DNA of 64,000 bases, taken from Ramazzottius varieornatus. Lineage: Eukaryota > Animalia > Tardigrada. Shown one piece after another: positions 1 to 12,200 of this stretch. The stretch lies in the NCBI GenBank assembly GCA_001949185.1, contig BDGG01000001.1:3489324-3553323 (forward strand), given 5' to 3'. Position numbers and translations under genes: made by a program. A model generated the notes under the pieces. That model was not told where the DNA came from. It saw only the letters and a program-made list of their open reading frames with translations, and ran no database searches. Within the stretch, counting starts at the first letter, position 1. The number at the start of each line of letters is the position of its first letter.

Positions 1-3000
1 TTCCTTCCCACTGATGCCCACCCCGATATGCGCAGTCTGAATCATGGCCACATCATTAGCGCCATCTCCAATCGCCAACGTGATGTCTTTCGGATAATGA
101 GTCTTGACTAGCGAAACCACATCAGCTTTCTGCATAGGAGACACTCTGCAGCAAATCACGGCGTCACAGAGGGTGGCCAGATCCAAGAAATCCTTCCTCA
201 GATCCATCGCTAACGCGTACGTCAACGCTCGCCCGTCGACTATCAACCCCGCGCCGTTCTCCGGGTGCAGCATCTCCTTGATGTCATTCTTGAACTTGAA
301 CAAGACTTCCCGCACTCGATCTAGAGAGGTCTCGTTGACCGTAAACAGTGTCATGTCTCTGTTCAACAAGTTGCAACTATGGCCAATGTTGATTGCTGTC
401 TCCATTTTGTCGCCTGTTAAAACCCAAATCTTGATGTTAGCTTTTCTCAAAGCGGCAATGCAGTGAGAAACGCCTTCTTGGAGGCGGTCTTCGATCGCGG
501 TGGCGCCAAGGAGCTGCAGGTTCCTCTCGATCGCGTTACAGGCTTCGGACACCTTCAAAACATGAACCACAATAAAGTAAGACAATCATAATTTGGTATT
601 AACTGATAAAAAAATGAGTAAAATCCACTAAATAATTAATTTAAGATCGATAAAAGTACTCGCCTGTTCTCTTCGTCGGTCCATGCTGGTCGAAGCTCTA
701 TGATAGTTCTTCTTCCATTCGTTGTAGAAGTCTGGCATGATTTCCGCTGTGGCAACGCACAACGTACGGAAACCTCTTTCGGCGAACCTTTCTAGCTGCT
801 GCATGGTCTGCTCCAGATACGGCTGATGAGGAGCCAATCGATCACAGATGACTGTGTCCGCTCCCTTACACGTCAAAAGGATGCGCCCTTCCGGAGTTCG
901 CACCAAAACCGACATTCGCTTCCGATCACTGGTAAACTCGAGAATCTCCAGCAGCTCGTACTGTAACATGTCGTGCCTAAAAACAGAGCAAAGAATTTCT
1001 AAGCGGAGTCGTCTCCTTGCTTATCAAACAAAGGCGGAAACTCGTACTCGCGCTTACACACACCTGCATACAGTGAACCCCCATACACACTACAACGCTC
1101 AGGTATGCAGGTGCTTGATTTTCTGTACTTCCCCATTATCCATACACCTGCACTCAGCGACCCCATCTTGACTGTAGTGTATCAGCATGTAGGTGTGTGA
1201 TTTTGTGTATTACTCATTCCACTACATTCCTATCTTCACGTACTTGATTTCGCCTTTGCTGTTGTCACCACGAGATCGCGCCCGGATAGTCAGGTGATGA
1301 GGCTCGCGTTTAATGAACGTGTAGTCCAAGTTCGCCGCTGCCTTGACCAGTGCGGCTTCGTCCGGTGAGGCCGCCAAATAAACTGGTTGGTTCGGGTTGT
1401 CGGGATTCGGCTCGGTGACGACGGTATGACAGATGCTCAAGGCCAGGAGGAAGTCGTTAATCGGTTTTGCCACGGGCGTATTCCCTCTTAGAGTTTCACT
1501 CAGGTTTGTGTCTACAAAGTCTTCGGAAGTAGCTAGAGCGTCTCCGTACACCACCCCACCAACACTGCACTGCCGGAAAATCATCTTATTTTCTGTCAGC
1601 GTGCCGGTCTTGTCCGAGAAGACGTACTTCACCTGCAGAAACGACAGTTTATGGTATTCTTGTGGCTTTCTTGTTATTTTTCCTCCCTTAGCCCTTTTTT
1701 TATGGACAACGTCACCCAAGGGACTGAAAATAGTCTCTGTTGCGTATGGGCACCTAATTTCCAGCTACAACTGTCCTTGACCGGAAGTGCAACAAGTAAC
1801 TGATACTGCATCACGACCGGCTACCATGGGCATCCGTCACTCGGCTAAACATAACGCCCTCTAACCGCTGCACATAGAGGAAAGTGCAAAGCTGTAGCGA
1901 CGAAAAAGAAAATCGATAGGGAACCAACTTAGGAGAGTACCGCAACGTTATACGCGTCGGCGGTGACATGGTCCTTCGGTTTACCGCTCTGCAAGTCAAA
2001 CACATCCTACATTTCCTGCCGCGTGCTGCATTACAACAAAGGCCGAATGTCAAGCTTAGTTTGCTGATCGGTTATATAGCGAGCAGCACTTTTTATGCGC
2101 ATCTCCGAGTTCCTGGAGGATGGCGTGCAAAGGGTCTCTCCCTAAGATACCCTAACTGCTGACTGGTGTGATTCAGAAAATTTCCCGATAGACATACCTG
2201 GCCGAGGTCTTCGTTCAAGTTGGAGGTTCGAGCCACGGCTGGAGTGTTTGTAGTTTTATCGTACATATCCAGGTCCTGCAAAAAAAATCGATAACTGCAG
2301 AGAACACCGTAAGACAACATGCTCGAAAAAATCACATCACATCCCGCGACGCGCTCAGTCAGAACAGACACATTGAGACAGTACGAATGGCAACCGAAAA
2401 CCATTTGTGTGGAATCTTAAACGAGGCGAACTAACTTGTACAAACGAGAAACAACTTTCGCGCATATCAAAGACCATGCATTTCAAATAAAAGAAATTCA
2501 GCGTTCGGAAAAATTTAGAGTTCGAATTACTACCAAACATTTGTCCTTTCTATTTTCTTTGAGCAAAATACATACCCAGCTGACGAAGAGTGTCTGAAAG
2601 AGGCGGACCATTTCCAGTGTAACTTGTAAGCTGATGGGGATGAGGTTATTGTAGAGAATAATGAAGGTCAGGAAGCTGAAGCCGAAGTTGGTCGAGTCCA
2701 ACGCTTCTCCCAAATACCAGTCTGTTTGCCGATGGCCTTTTGTCCAAATCGTACTCCCAACTGCACTGACCAAACAGAGGATAACGAGGAGAGCGAACAT
2801 CATGACGATTTGCCGATTAGCAAACTCGTCCAGTTGAGATCTTTTCAGGCGAATAATCGCACTCTGTTTACTGTTGCGCATCAGCTTGCTGTCATGTCCC
2901 GTGAAGATGACGATACCAAAGACCCATTCGGTGTTCTTGAGACGAGAGCCTCGTAGCAGTAACTGTTCAGGTCCAAGAGCGATGACTTGCCGACCTGACG

Positions 3001-4986
3001 GACGAATATTGCCCGTGAAGTCGTATAGATGACGGTTGGGAGCTGGAAGAACCATAAGACCATTTTGACTACTACTATTTCAGTGTCTGCTTACTGTATT
3101 CTACCTTCGCATTCAATCGTGCCATCCAAAGCCATCAGATCGTCCACTGCAAAGAAAAACGAGACGAACATTCTGACATTTTACATTTGAAGAGTGACGC
3201 GAAAGAACTTACCTGCTTGCAGCTGAGCTGTTTCGGGCAAAGACAGACGAGTCTTCAGATTGGTTTCTCCATCCAAGTTTGATGTCTCGATGTAGCACAC
3301 CCCATGAGGCTCACTAGACGACAGCAGGATCAGGTCCGAGGGAAACTCTTCGTTGTTGCGCACCTTCACCACGTCACCGACCATAATCTTTGACCATTTT
3401 GTTTCTTCAAACCCGAAACTCGATTTCAACGCCAACACTTTACGATTGTTGGCGATATTGTCCGCTTTCCTCCGTTTGGCATCCTCGAAGATTTCTTTAC
3501 AAGCCGAGACGAAGAGGATGAAGGACAGTGGCATAAGCGTCGTAAATCTTCCGGTGGGCGAAACATCAGGTATCTGTTGCAGGCAAGCAATGAAGAGGAA
3601 AAAGGCATTGGAGTAGCGCCGAAATGATTCGAAAAAGAAGAGTGGCAAGAAGGTAATGGCATTGTATTTGGCAGTACTGACTGCAAACAACCATAGGGTA
3701 TTTACTCACGAAGTGGGAGCTGGGTAAACAAATGCGCCAGATCGTTTTCCCAAATAGCGCACGCTTCCAGCCAACATCACGGAAAACGTACGCCATTTAC
3801 GGAAAATGATCTGGTTGAGAATCTATGGAACTTATTGTAACTTGGGTATTTGCGTTACCTGTATTTGAGCAAAAGGATACAGGTTGTGGTTGTTTATTGA
3901 TGAGAATAACACGGTTGACGGGTGGCGGTTGCTGTTCTGGCGAGCTCTGGCCCGATGCGGATCGAGAAGAGACTCCCGATACACCGTGAGCAATGTTGGA
4001 ATACGACAAGGGGAATACCATGGCTACCGTTCACTCGATGGAAATCCCCCACGCTGACAGGAAACGTAGTACAGGAGGATGTACAAACCTCATGCGCATC
4101 GTCCGCGTCAAGGTAACCCACAAACGGCGATGCAGCTGACCATCTGGGTTAGTTCAGCTGTAGTCTTTGGTGCTGCTTTCAACTGGTACGGAATCCATCA
4201 ACCAGGCAACCAACCTCAAAACTTCCAGTGGTCTCGTCTCGCCGACTGTTTCTTCCTGTATCCGGCGTACCTATCCCAAACCTAGAAAAATCGTTAGATC
4301 ACACAACAAGGAGAAGGGGAATCTGCCGTATGGACGAAGTGACGAACAAGGACATGAATCACAATAAGAGATTGCGATTTCCGTTTGTGTATGATGCTGC
4401 GAGACTCACGATGGGAGAAGTCGTACTCGTACTTCCGGCGATTGGTCACTTGATTACCTTACAAAACAACACGTTGATTGAGCTCGTTCATCTGCTTTGG
4501 TCTGTGGGTTTTCCTAGTCCCCGAAGCCATCGTGGGTCTCCGAACCAGATTCGAACCTGGGGCACTGATTGACTGAAGAAGTTTTGATCTAGAAGTACAA
4601 TGCTTCCTCAAACCTAAGTTCGAACCAAAGACGCAGCTCTGATTTCCGTGGGTTTGACTGCAAAAGCACTGAAAATTCCGGCGTGATCAAACAATTGAAA
4701 CGCTTCTCCAAAAACATTCGAATCGCTATCGAGCTCAAAAGATCGGTCCCCTTCTGTACACCGACAACAAGATACTCAGAAACAACGATACAGAGATATC
4801 TGACTAGCATCGAAGACTTATAAACAACAAAACGTTGAGCATCAAACACGACCATCCTTCTTTGCTGCAGCTTTCAGCATCGACGTCTCGACGACTGGTA
4901 GAGGTTTCTGGATTCGTCTTCACGGTAGACGCTTCCTTGGGTCGTGCAGATTGGTTCCCGATGCCTGGATCACTTCCGTGTCGCAT
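1..4986 (-). CDS. ATP8A1: P4-type phospholipid-transporting ATPase (ATP8A1/2-like), multi-exon, 3' part runs off the window start
   Basis: Exons encode [37 protein letters not shown] (phosphorylation site), [35 protein letters not shown] and AIGDGANDV. The 5' exons (ATG 4986 spliced to an exon near 4283-4217) are tentative. Confidence 0.93.
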
Positions 4987-5131
4987 GCTTTGGCCAATTG
5001 GATGTTAGTCTTCTTGCGGCGGCGGAGACCTGCAACAGAAGGAAGATGGATGAAAATCATTTCCGGGTTCGCATTGTTACACTAGGGGCCGGGTGCAGAA
5101 CACAACGAACGAAGAATGGGAGTTTATTCTA

Positions 5132-5464
5132 CTAGCCTTCTCCAATGGGCTTCCATGGTTGAGGGAGCTTCTTGGCTGCGCTAAAACATACATGGTGACG
5201 ATAACATCAGGATCGTTCACGTAAAGAAAGCACACAGGTAAAGGGAGCAAGAAAGCAGTAAGAGACTTACGCAATAATCATGTCGACGAGCTCCTTGGGC
5301 AACTTCCTGTTCAGCAAGACACGGACTTCGCCTTGCGTTGCTTCCTTCTCGGTTCCTTTGACAATGGTGGCTTGCTCCCTGATGCATTTGCTCTTGTTCG
5401 GGCCAGCAGAGACGGACACGATCATGAGAAGAGCCAGCAGGCATGCGACGAAGTATCCCTTCAT
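5132..5464 (-). CDS. Orphan 80-aa secreted peptide, 2 coding exons (5464-5271, 5180-5132)
   Basis: Sequence is MKGYFVACLLALLMIVSVSA (signal-like) GPNKSKCIREQATIVKGTEKEATQGEVRVLLNRKLPKELVDMIIAAAKKLPQPWKPIGEG*. A GT-AG intron keeps the frame. TATAAAA lies upstream near 5595 and AATAAA at 5128-5123, just after the stop. Confidence 0.75.
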
Positions 5465-6216
5465 CCTGAATCTGGGAACCTGGAAAAGACACGAGCAAGC
5501 AAAACAGCAGTAAAGTTGATACTTAGAAACTTGGGGGCTCGAATCGATCAGAGCCAAAGAAGACAAAAAATGACACATGCCTTTCATGGCTCTTTTATAG
5601 CATTCAGGTGAATAAGAAAGTCGACGTGAATCTCGGCGGAAACCGTTCAGGCAGATTCAATTCTAAACTTCATACGTACGAGCTCTTTCTCCATGAAACA
5701 AAGGCTGGAGTCACTGCCCACTGGGATCCAGGGATCTGATAACATTTACATCTTACGATAAAATGAACGTACTTGAAGCTTCGCCGCCTTTGCGGCACTG
5801 ACCAGTGTCCCTCGAACTTTGTCTGGACTTTGAAGCATTCAACCGTACCCCCTTACCCTAATAGCGTTACATGAGAATCCTGATACGCTTTTGGTGGGCC
5901 GTACCCTGCAAGGTGAATGCAGGTTGTTTTCAGGTTGCCAATCAAGTCGCTGCGTATAGTTATCGCAAACTGTATTATCACTTTCTGGTGGAGTTAAGTG
6001 GACAATCGTTCTTTGGACTTCAGACTTGGACGGAAACTCTTCAAGGATCATCCTTCGTATGAGTACGTACCGTATGACACTTCTGTTGTCGTTATTGTTT
6101 TGAGGCCTGGTTCAAGGTAGTCGTCACGCGTTCATGGAGAACATCGCCTGTTTGAACAGAGAAACTTGGATGGGATATCGTTGACGTCTTCATCAAATAC
6201 TGCACGTCGCTTTGTC

Positions 6217-9200
6217 ATGGATGACTTCCGGAGTCTTCTGTGGAGCTGCATCTTCACCTGTCTACTTATTCCACTGTGCACAACCCTCAGGAATGGAGAT
6301 ACAGGATGGACAGAATCGAGTTCGGAAAGCCAGTATCTTTTCTCGAGCCATAACAGTGAAGACGCGTATCCTAATGATGACAAACAAAATGCTCGTTTCC
6401 GCCGAGCGGTCAGTTCCTCTTCGGATCCCGGGAACGTCACCATTGACACGGATATAGTCACAACTGTATGTTGAACAGGTTTCGTCTGAGCGAATGGTGT
6501 TGTTGAATTGGTTGGATCCTTCTTTAAATTTATTTCGTTATCCAGATTGACACGATGGACCACAACGACCAACTGTACCTGAATATTCCCGGGAACGGAA
6601 ATCCGCTGGTATTTGCCTTCACCAGGATGCAAAATTACTCTTCGAACTTCACCAGCCGATTGTTCGTGTCGACCGATTACGGAAAGACGTATGATAATGT
6701 GTCAGCCACTTCAAAGCTGAGACTGGCGGATGGTCGTGTGGCGAAGATTCACTCGTGCGTTAAGTCGCCTTCCTCAACGAACCACGTAAGTTTGTTGATA
6801 TTCCTGCTACTTCGGAATCCTTTTGTGCTTAGGACTTGGCTTCTAACCGTTGCAGTATGTTTTCACTGACGTGGAAAACAAAGTCCTGTTTACAACCGCG
6901 GACGGATGTCAGACTTTCATGCGTCGAAATCCGCCCTTTGTCCCTTTCGAAATCAATGTCGACCCAAATAATTCTGATGTGCTCTTCGGGCGCGAGGAAA
7001 AGGATCTGAAGAGGCGTTTGTGGCTGTCGGTAGATTTTGGTACGAGCTGGAAAGCCGTGGAAGAATACGTGATGGCTGCGATATTCGAAAAACATCCCGC
7101 GTTCGATTTGAACGGAAGTAAGTCTTAACTCTTGTTTCCTTTATTGAATTCATCGTTAATTAGATGACGTTTTTGCTAGGTACAACAATGTACATCACTC
7201 GTATGAAGCCTAACGGTAAACAGGATCTTCTCCGATCCTCTACGTATTTCATGAACGACGCGAAGACCGAGAAGTTGATTGCGGACGTTGAAGAGTTCGA
7301 AATGATGGGCAACTTCCTCTTTGCGACGAAGAACGAGGTATGTGATGTATTTCTGTCCCAGGAACTGCTTTGATATCTCGATAGCACTGAACTGTACATC
7401 CGGCCTCATTCGGGTACTTTACATTACAGAGTGCTGAACCGGGGCGAAAAAGCACGTTGAGTTTATGGGTGTCTTATCAGCGGAAGCCATTTCAGCGTGC
7501 TGACTTTGGGTTTGGGTCTGACCGTACCGTCAAAGTGAGTCATTCTCAACAAGTCATCACATACTTTTACCTTATTGTTCATGAGGAATGCAGTAGCATT
7601 TTGTGCGTTTTTTCTTCTTTTTAGGATTACTTTGTGTCGAATGCCACAGATGTGCAAGCCGTCGTGGCCGTCACTTTCGACAACAACCAGAGCGACATTT
7701 ACTTTTCCGCGCCTGGATCGGTTAGCTTTAGCCGGTCGCTGGAGAATGTACTGTTTTATCATCCAAGTCCATCGATTGGGAAATTCCAGTCCCTAAAGTA
7801 TGTAGTATGTACCACCCTTGACACGTAATGTACACAACCACCGGAAGTGTGATTGATAGTATCAGAATGTCTACCCACTAGTCAGGGTGTAGACAGTCGA
7901 TACGTCATCGCGGCTTGATATTATCTGTCTTCCCAAAACGAACAAGTTAGAGTTGAACTATACATTGTTTTACAGAGACTTCTGGAACCACCCAAAACCG
8001 TTCGCGGAAATCTACAGCGTGAAGGGTCTTCGCGGAGTCTTCATTGCTAACCAGCTGGTGAAAGACGAAACTGGCCATCTCGGTAATGACGTCCGGTTAA
8101 TTCTACCGGTTCGGTGTCACAACCTCTGTTGTGTTTTGCAGGTAACAGCGTCAGTCTCATATCGTTCGACAATGGGGCAAGCTGGCAGAAAATTCGTCCA
8201 CCTCGAATGGATCGCGACGGAGTCCCCACCAAGCGAGACTCGTACATTCAGCTTATGCAGACCTTTCCAGTCTTCTCACCAGCGTTTAGCCAAGGGTTGT
8301 TCTCGTCCGAAAGTGCACCCGGTCTTATCATTGGCTCTGGAGTCATCAGCGAGTCGTTGATCGGTGGTGAACAACACAGTGTCTTCGTTTCAACAACTGG
8401 GGGTAAATCCTGCAAACTTTCTCAATTCTGTTGAACTATTTCACAACATAACATCATTACTGTAGGTACCACATGGACGGAATCACTGCGCGGAGTTTAC
8501 AAGTTCGCCGTGGGAGATCACAGTGGACTGATCGTGGCAGTCAACGGCTTAGGCCGGACCAGCGATCTACTGTATAGCTGGGACGAGGGTCTTACCTGGC
8601 AGACGCTCAGGATCTCTGAGAAGAAACTCCGGGTCATCAGCATTATGACCGAAATGAACGGAATATCCCCCGTTTTCCATCTGTTTGGTACTTTGATGGA
8701 AAAGGACAACCGAACCATCCACGAATGGCAGATCATTCGGGTGAACTTAACAAAGATTTTCGACGGTTCGTTTTGTCGTGTCTCTCTTTAGTTGTACTTC
8801 GCTTGAATACTCAATGCATGTATAAATACCGTTACAGGAAAGAAATGCGAAGACAAGGACTTCAAGGACTGGTCGTTCGAAGACCGTATCGGACATAGGT
8901 GTGTCATGGGGAAGCGCATCAACTACTCGAGAAAGAACCCTGGAAGTAAATGCTTGATGGGACATGACTTCAAGCGCAAGACCGTCACGGAAAACTGTAC
9001 TTGCCAGTACTACGACTACGAATGGTAATTCAGTTTTCAGTAACGGTGATTGTGTCAGTTACTTCTTATTAGTAATCATGCCTTTTGCTTTTAGCGATTT
9101 GGGCTTCAGACCTTCAAGGACGGTGGGTCGGGAACTCGCTTGTGAGAAGGATAACTCATCAACCTACGATCCTACAAAAACTCCCGTCACCTGCCCACCC

Positions 9201-12200
9201 GGTTCGTTCTGGATGAGAAGCAGGAAGTACCGCAAGATACCCATGAACACCTGCAATGGCGGACCCGGAAGCAAGCGCTACGAGCCGGAGAAAGTGGCTT
9301 GTCCTTGGGCTGGTATGTCAAGTCTCAGTCAGCGATTTCTCAGTATGATTACTCAGCATTTAAATCGCACTGCGTAATCTCGGCACTTATAGACAAAGGA
9401 GAGTTCTTGCTGTACGCGGCCGAAGACGTGATCAAGCGTGTGGACCTTCTTCACTTACCGCCGACAGTGACGACGCTAACGGACCTACTGGAAATTACGG
9501 GGGAGAAAGTCACTAGTCTGGACTTTGACTACTCGAAGAGCTGTATCTACTGGGCCGAAACCAAGCCCGGCAAAATAATGGTGAGAAATACCTTTGTAGC
9601 AAGGAAACAAAATGGGATGTTGGCAAGCGACTTGTACAGGATGGTTCCCCAAGTGGCGTACGCTTTCAGTCTATGACAACGAGAACACGCGCCGCTTGAG
9701 ATAACGATCGTGCTCGACTTATTTGCCGACGTCCCAAATGATCAGTGAGCCATCGAGCTGAATGAGAGACTGAAGTCTGTTTTCAGCTAACTTTGTTGCT
9801 TTACAGAAGAGTTGCTTCAACGGGCAGACTTCCCGTTCTCGAATGGCCGAAGTCGACATCGAGTACCCCGTTGGCCTGTCCTTCGATTGGATGGGTCGTA
9901 ACCTCTTCTGGCTTGACCGAACCAAGGGTCGTATCGAAGCAGTCCGCGTCGATACTGCCTTCGATGGTCGCATGCGTACCACGATCCTGAACAACTCCAC
10001 GTTACTTTCCGAAGCCACCGACTTCCTGGTCTACCCACCGAAAGGTCTCATGTTCTGGTCCGTGGTGTCTAGAGTCTCCGACTATAGCGCCATCTACCAG
10101 GCCAACATGGACGGGTCGAATGTCATCAAGCTCGATGTGTCCGTCCAGCCATACTCCCTCGCATTTGACCACAAACGCGAAAGTTTGTTGTACGCTGATC
10201 ATGTCAAACTAGAAAGTGGGGAGATTTTACTGTCGAAGACTGACGTGAAGAGAATCCTCAGTCGGAACCAGAGGGTGTGGGCGAAGAAGCTAGCGCCCTA
10301 CAGAGACTCCATCTACTTCACGGCCTTTGAGCAGACCTTCCTGGGTGTTACACATCGGTATCTGTCCAGTATCCAGAGTTTGTTACCGATTGAGAGTAAC
10401 GTGAATGCGCTGAAGGCCTTTGGTCCCAGTCTGCAGAATGGTACGAATGGGTGTTCGAAGTCGAGCTGTAAGACGCTGTGTGTCTGGCTGCCGGACAACA
10501 AAGTGACTTGTCTCTGTCCGGATGGTTTCAAGAAGGAAGGGGATAGCTGCCTGTGTCCGGATAGAAGTAAGATGGGCGAGGATGGCAGGTGTGCGATCCA
10601 GGCGTCTACGACTAGCTGCTTTGGAGAGACGCAGTTCAACTGTGGACCGGATGCGAATAACAAGACACAGTGCATCCCACGTATTTGGAGGTAAGTACAG
10701 TCTGAGCTGGAAACTCTACGATCTAACAGAACAAATTATCAGTGTTTCGCGGAATTGATAGAATCAGCAAACTCGACCGGAACATCGTTTTTTCCAGGTG
10801 GCATATCCGCAGTGTCCTTTGGCTGAAAGCGTGTGCCACTGGGAAAAACAATCTTGCCGAGTTTGTGTGCATAGATTCCATCGTTTGAAAATAATCGAGA
10901 AATCAGGTTGATATGCGAGGTTTGACAAAGTTCTCGGTTTGAAGGTGCGATGGTGACTATGATTGCTTCTCTGGTGCCGACGAGGAGGACTGCGACTCGC
11001 ACGATAGGCAGCGGTGTGGACCGGACGCCCACCAGTGTGGAGATGGTACCTGCATCCATTCTTCTTGGCTTTGTGATACAGGTAAGAAGACATCCAAAGC
11101 ATCGATCCACATGCTGCGGAGGGAAAGCTAATGTGCGGGTTTGAAGTCTGTAACTGCTTCACGTATGATTGTCTCTAGATTTTGATTGCACTGACCGCAG
11201 TGATGAGACTAACTGCAGCCACGCATCGCCACAGAATATCACCTGCAGCGGTCTACAGTTCAAGTGCGCCGACGGGGAAAAGTGCATCCCGCTGGGATGG
11301 AAGTGTGACGGGCAGAGTGGTACTATAAGTTTCTTTCACAATAAATTATTTTGGAATTGGGATTGAGAAGTTGCGCTTTTTCAGACTGTCCCGACAGTTC
11401 CGACGAACTTTCCTGTTCGAACTCGACAGCCAACAACACGCACTGCGGATCTGGCTACTTTCAGTGTAAAGGAGAACCGCAGTGCCTGCCTGTGAACTGG
11501 CAATGCGATGGAGAAGTGAGTATTCGGATAATGGCGCACTGAAGTTTACTTCGACTAAGTATTAAACCACCGTTACAACTCCAGGTTGAATGCGCGGACG
11601 GTTCCGATGAGGTAATCACCTGCCTGATATCATTTGGATGTTCTTTCTGTTTTACAGTCAGTAATATTCGTGTTTTTTTTCTTTAGGAGCATTGCCCAGG
11701 TCAAAACGGGACATGTCTGCCATTCCAGTTCCAGTGCAAGAACAGCCACTGTATCCTTTCGAACTACGTATGCGACGGGATGGACGATTGTGGTACGACG
11801 TTTGTTGTGGGATAATATTGGATGAGAACTCTTTCCCTTTTAATCAGTGGTTCTTTGTCTCTCAAACGTTAGTTGTTGACTAGAGTGAATGCACTTTCTT
11901 GTAGGCGATGGCGCTGACGAAGTGAACTGTTCGGGGACAACATGGCCGGCACCCTTATTGCCCACTTATAATTGCACTGAGATGAACATGCTCAGCTGTG
12001 GGGATGAGACTTGCTACCCAGCCGCCTGGAAATGCGATGGTAAGAATTGCAAGTGGGATCTGTCTGGACTGTCGAGTGAAAAGCCGGCCTTTTTTCAACT
12101 TTTCCAGGGACGAACGATTGCGTCACCGGCGAGGACGAGAAAGGGTGTTCTGACAGCGAACCAGAATACGTTCGATGTGATATGAACGGTACGATTCTCT

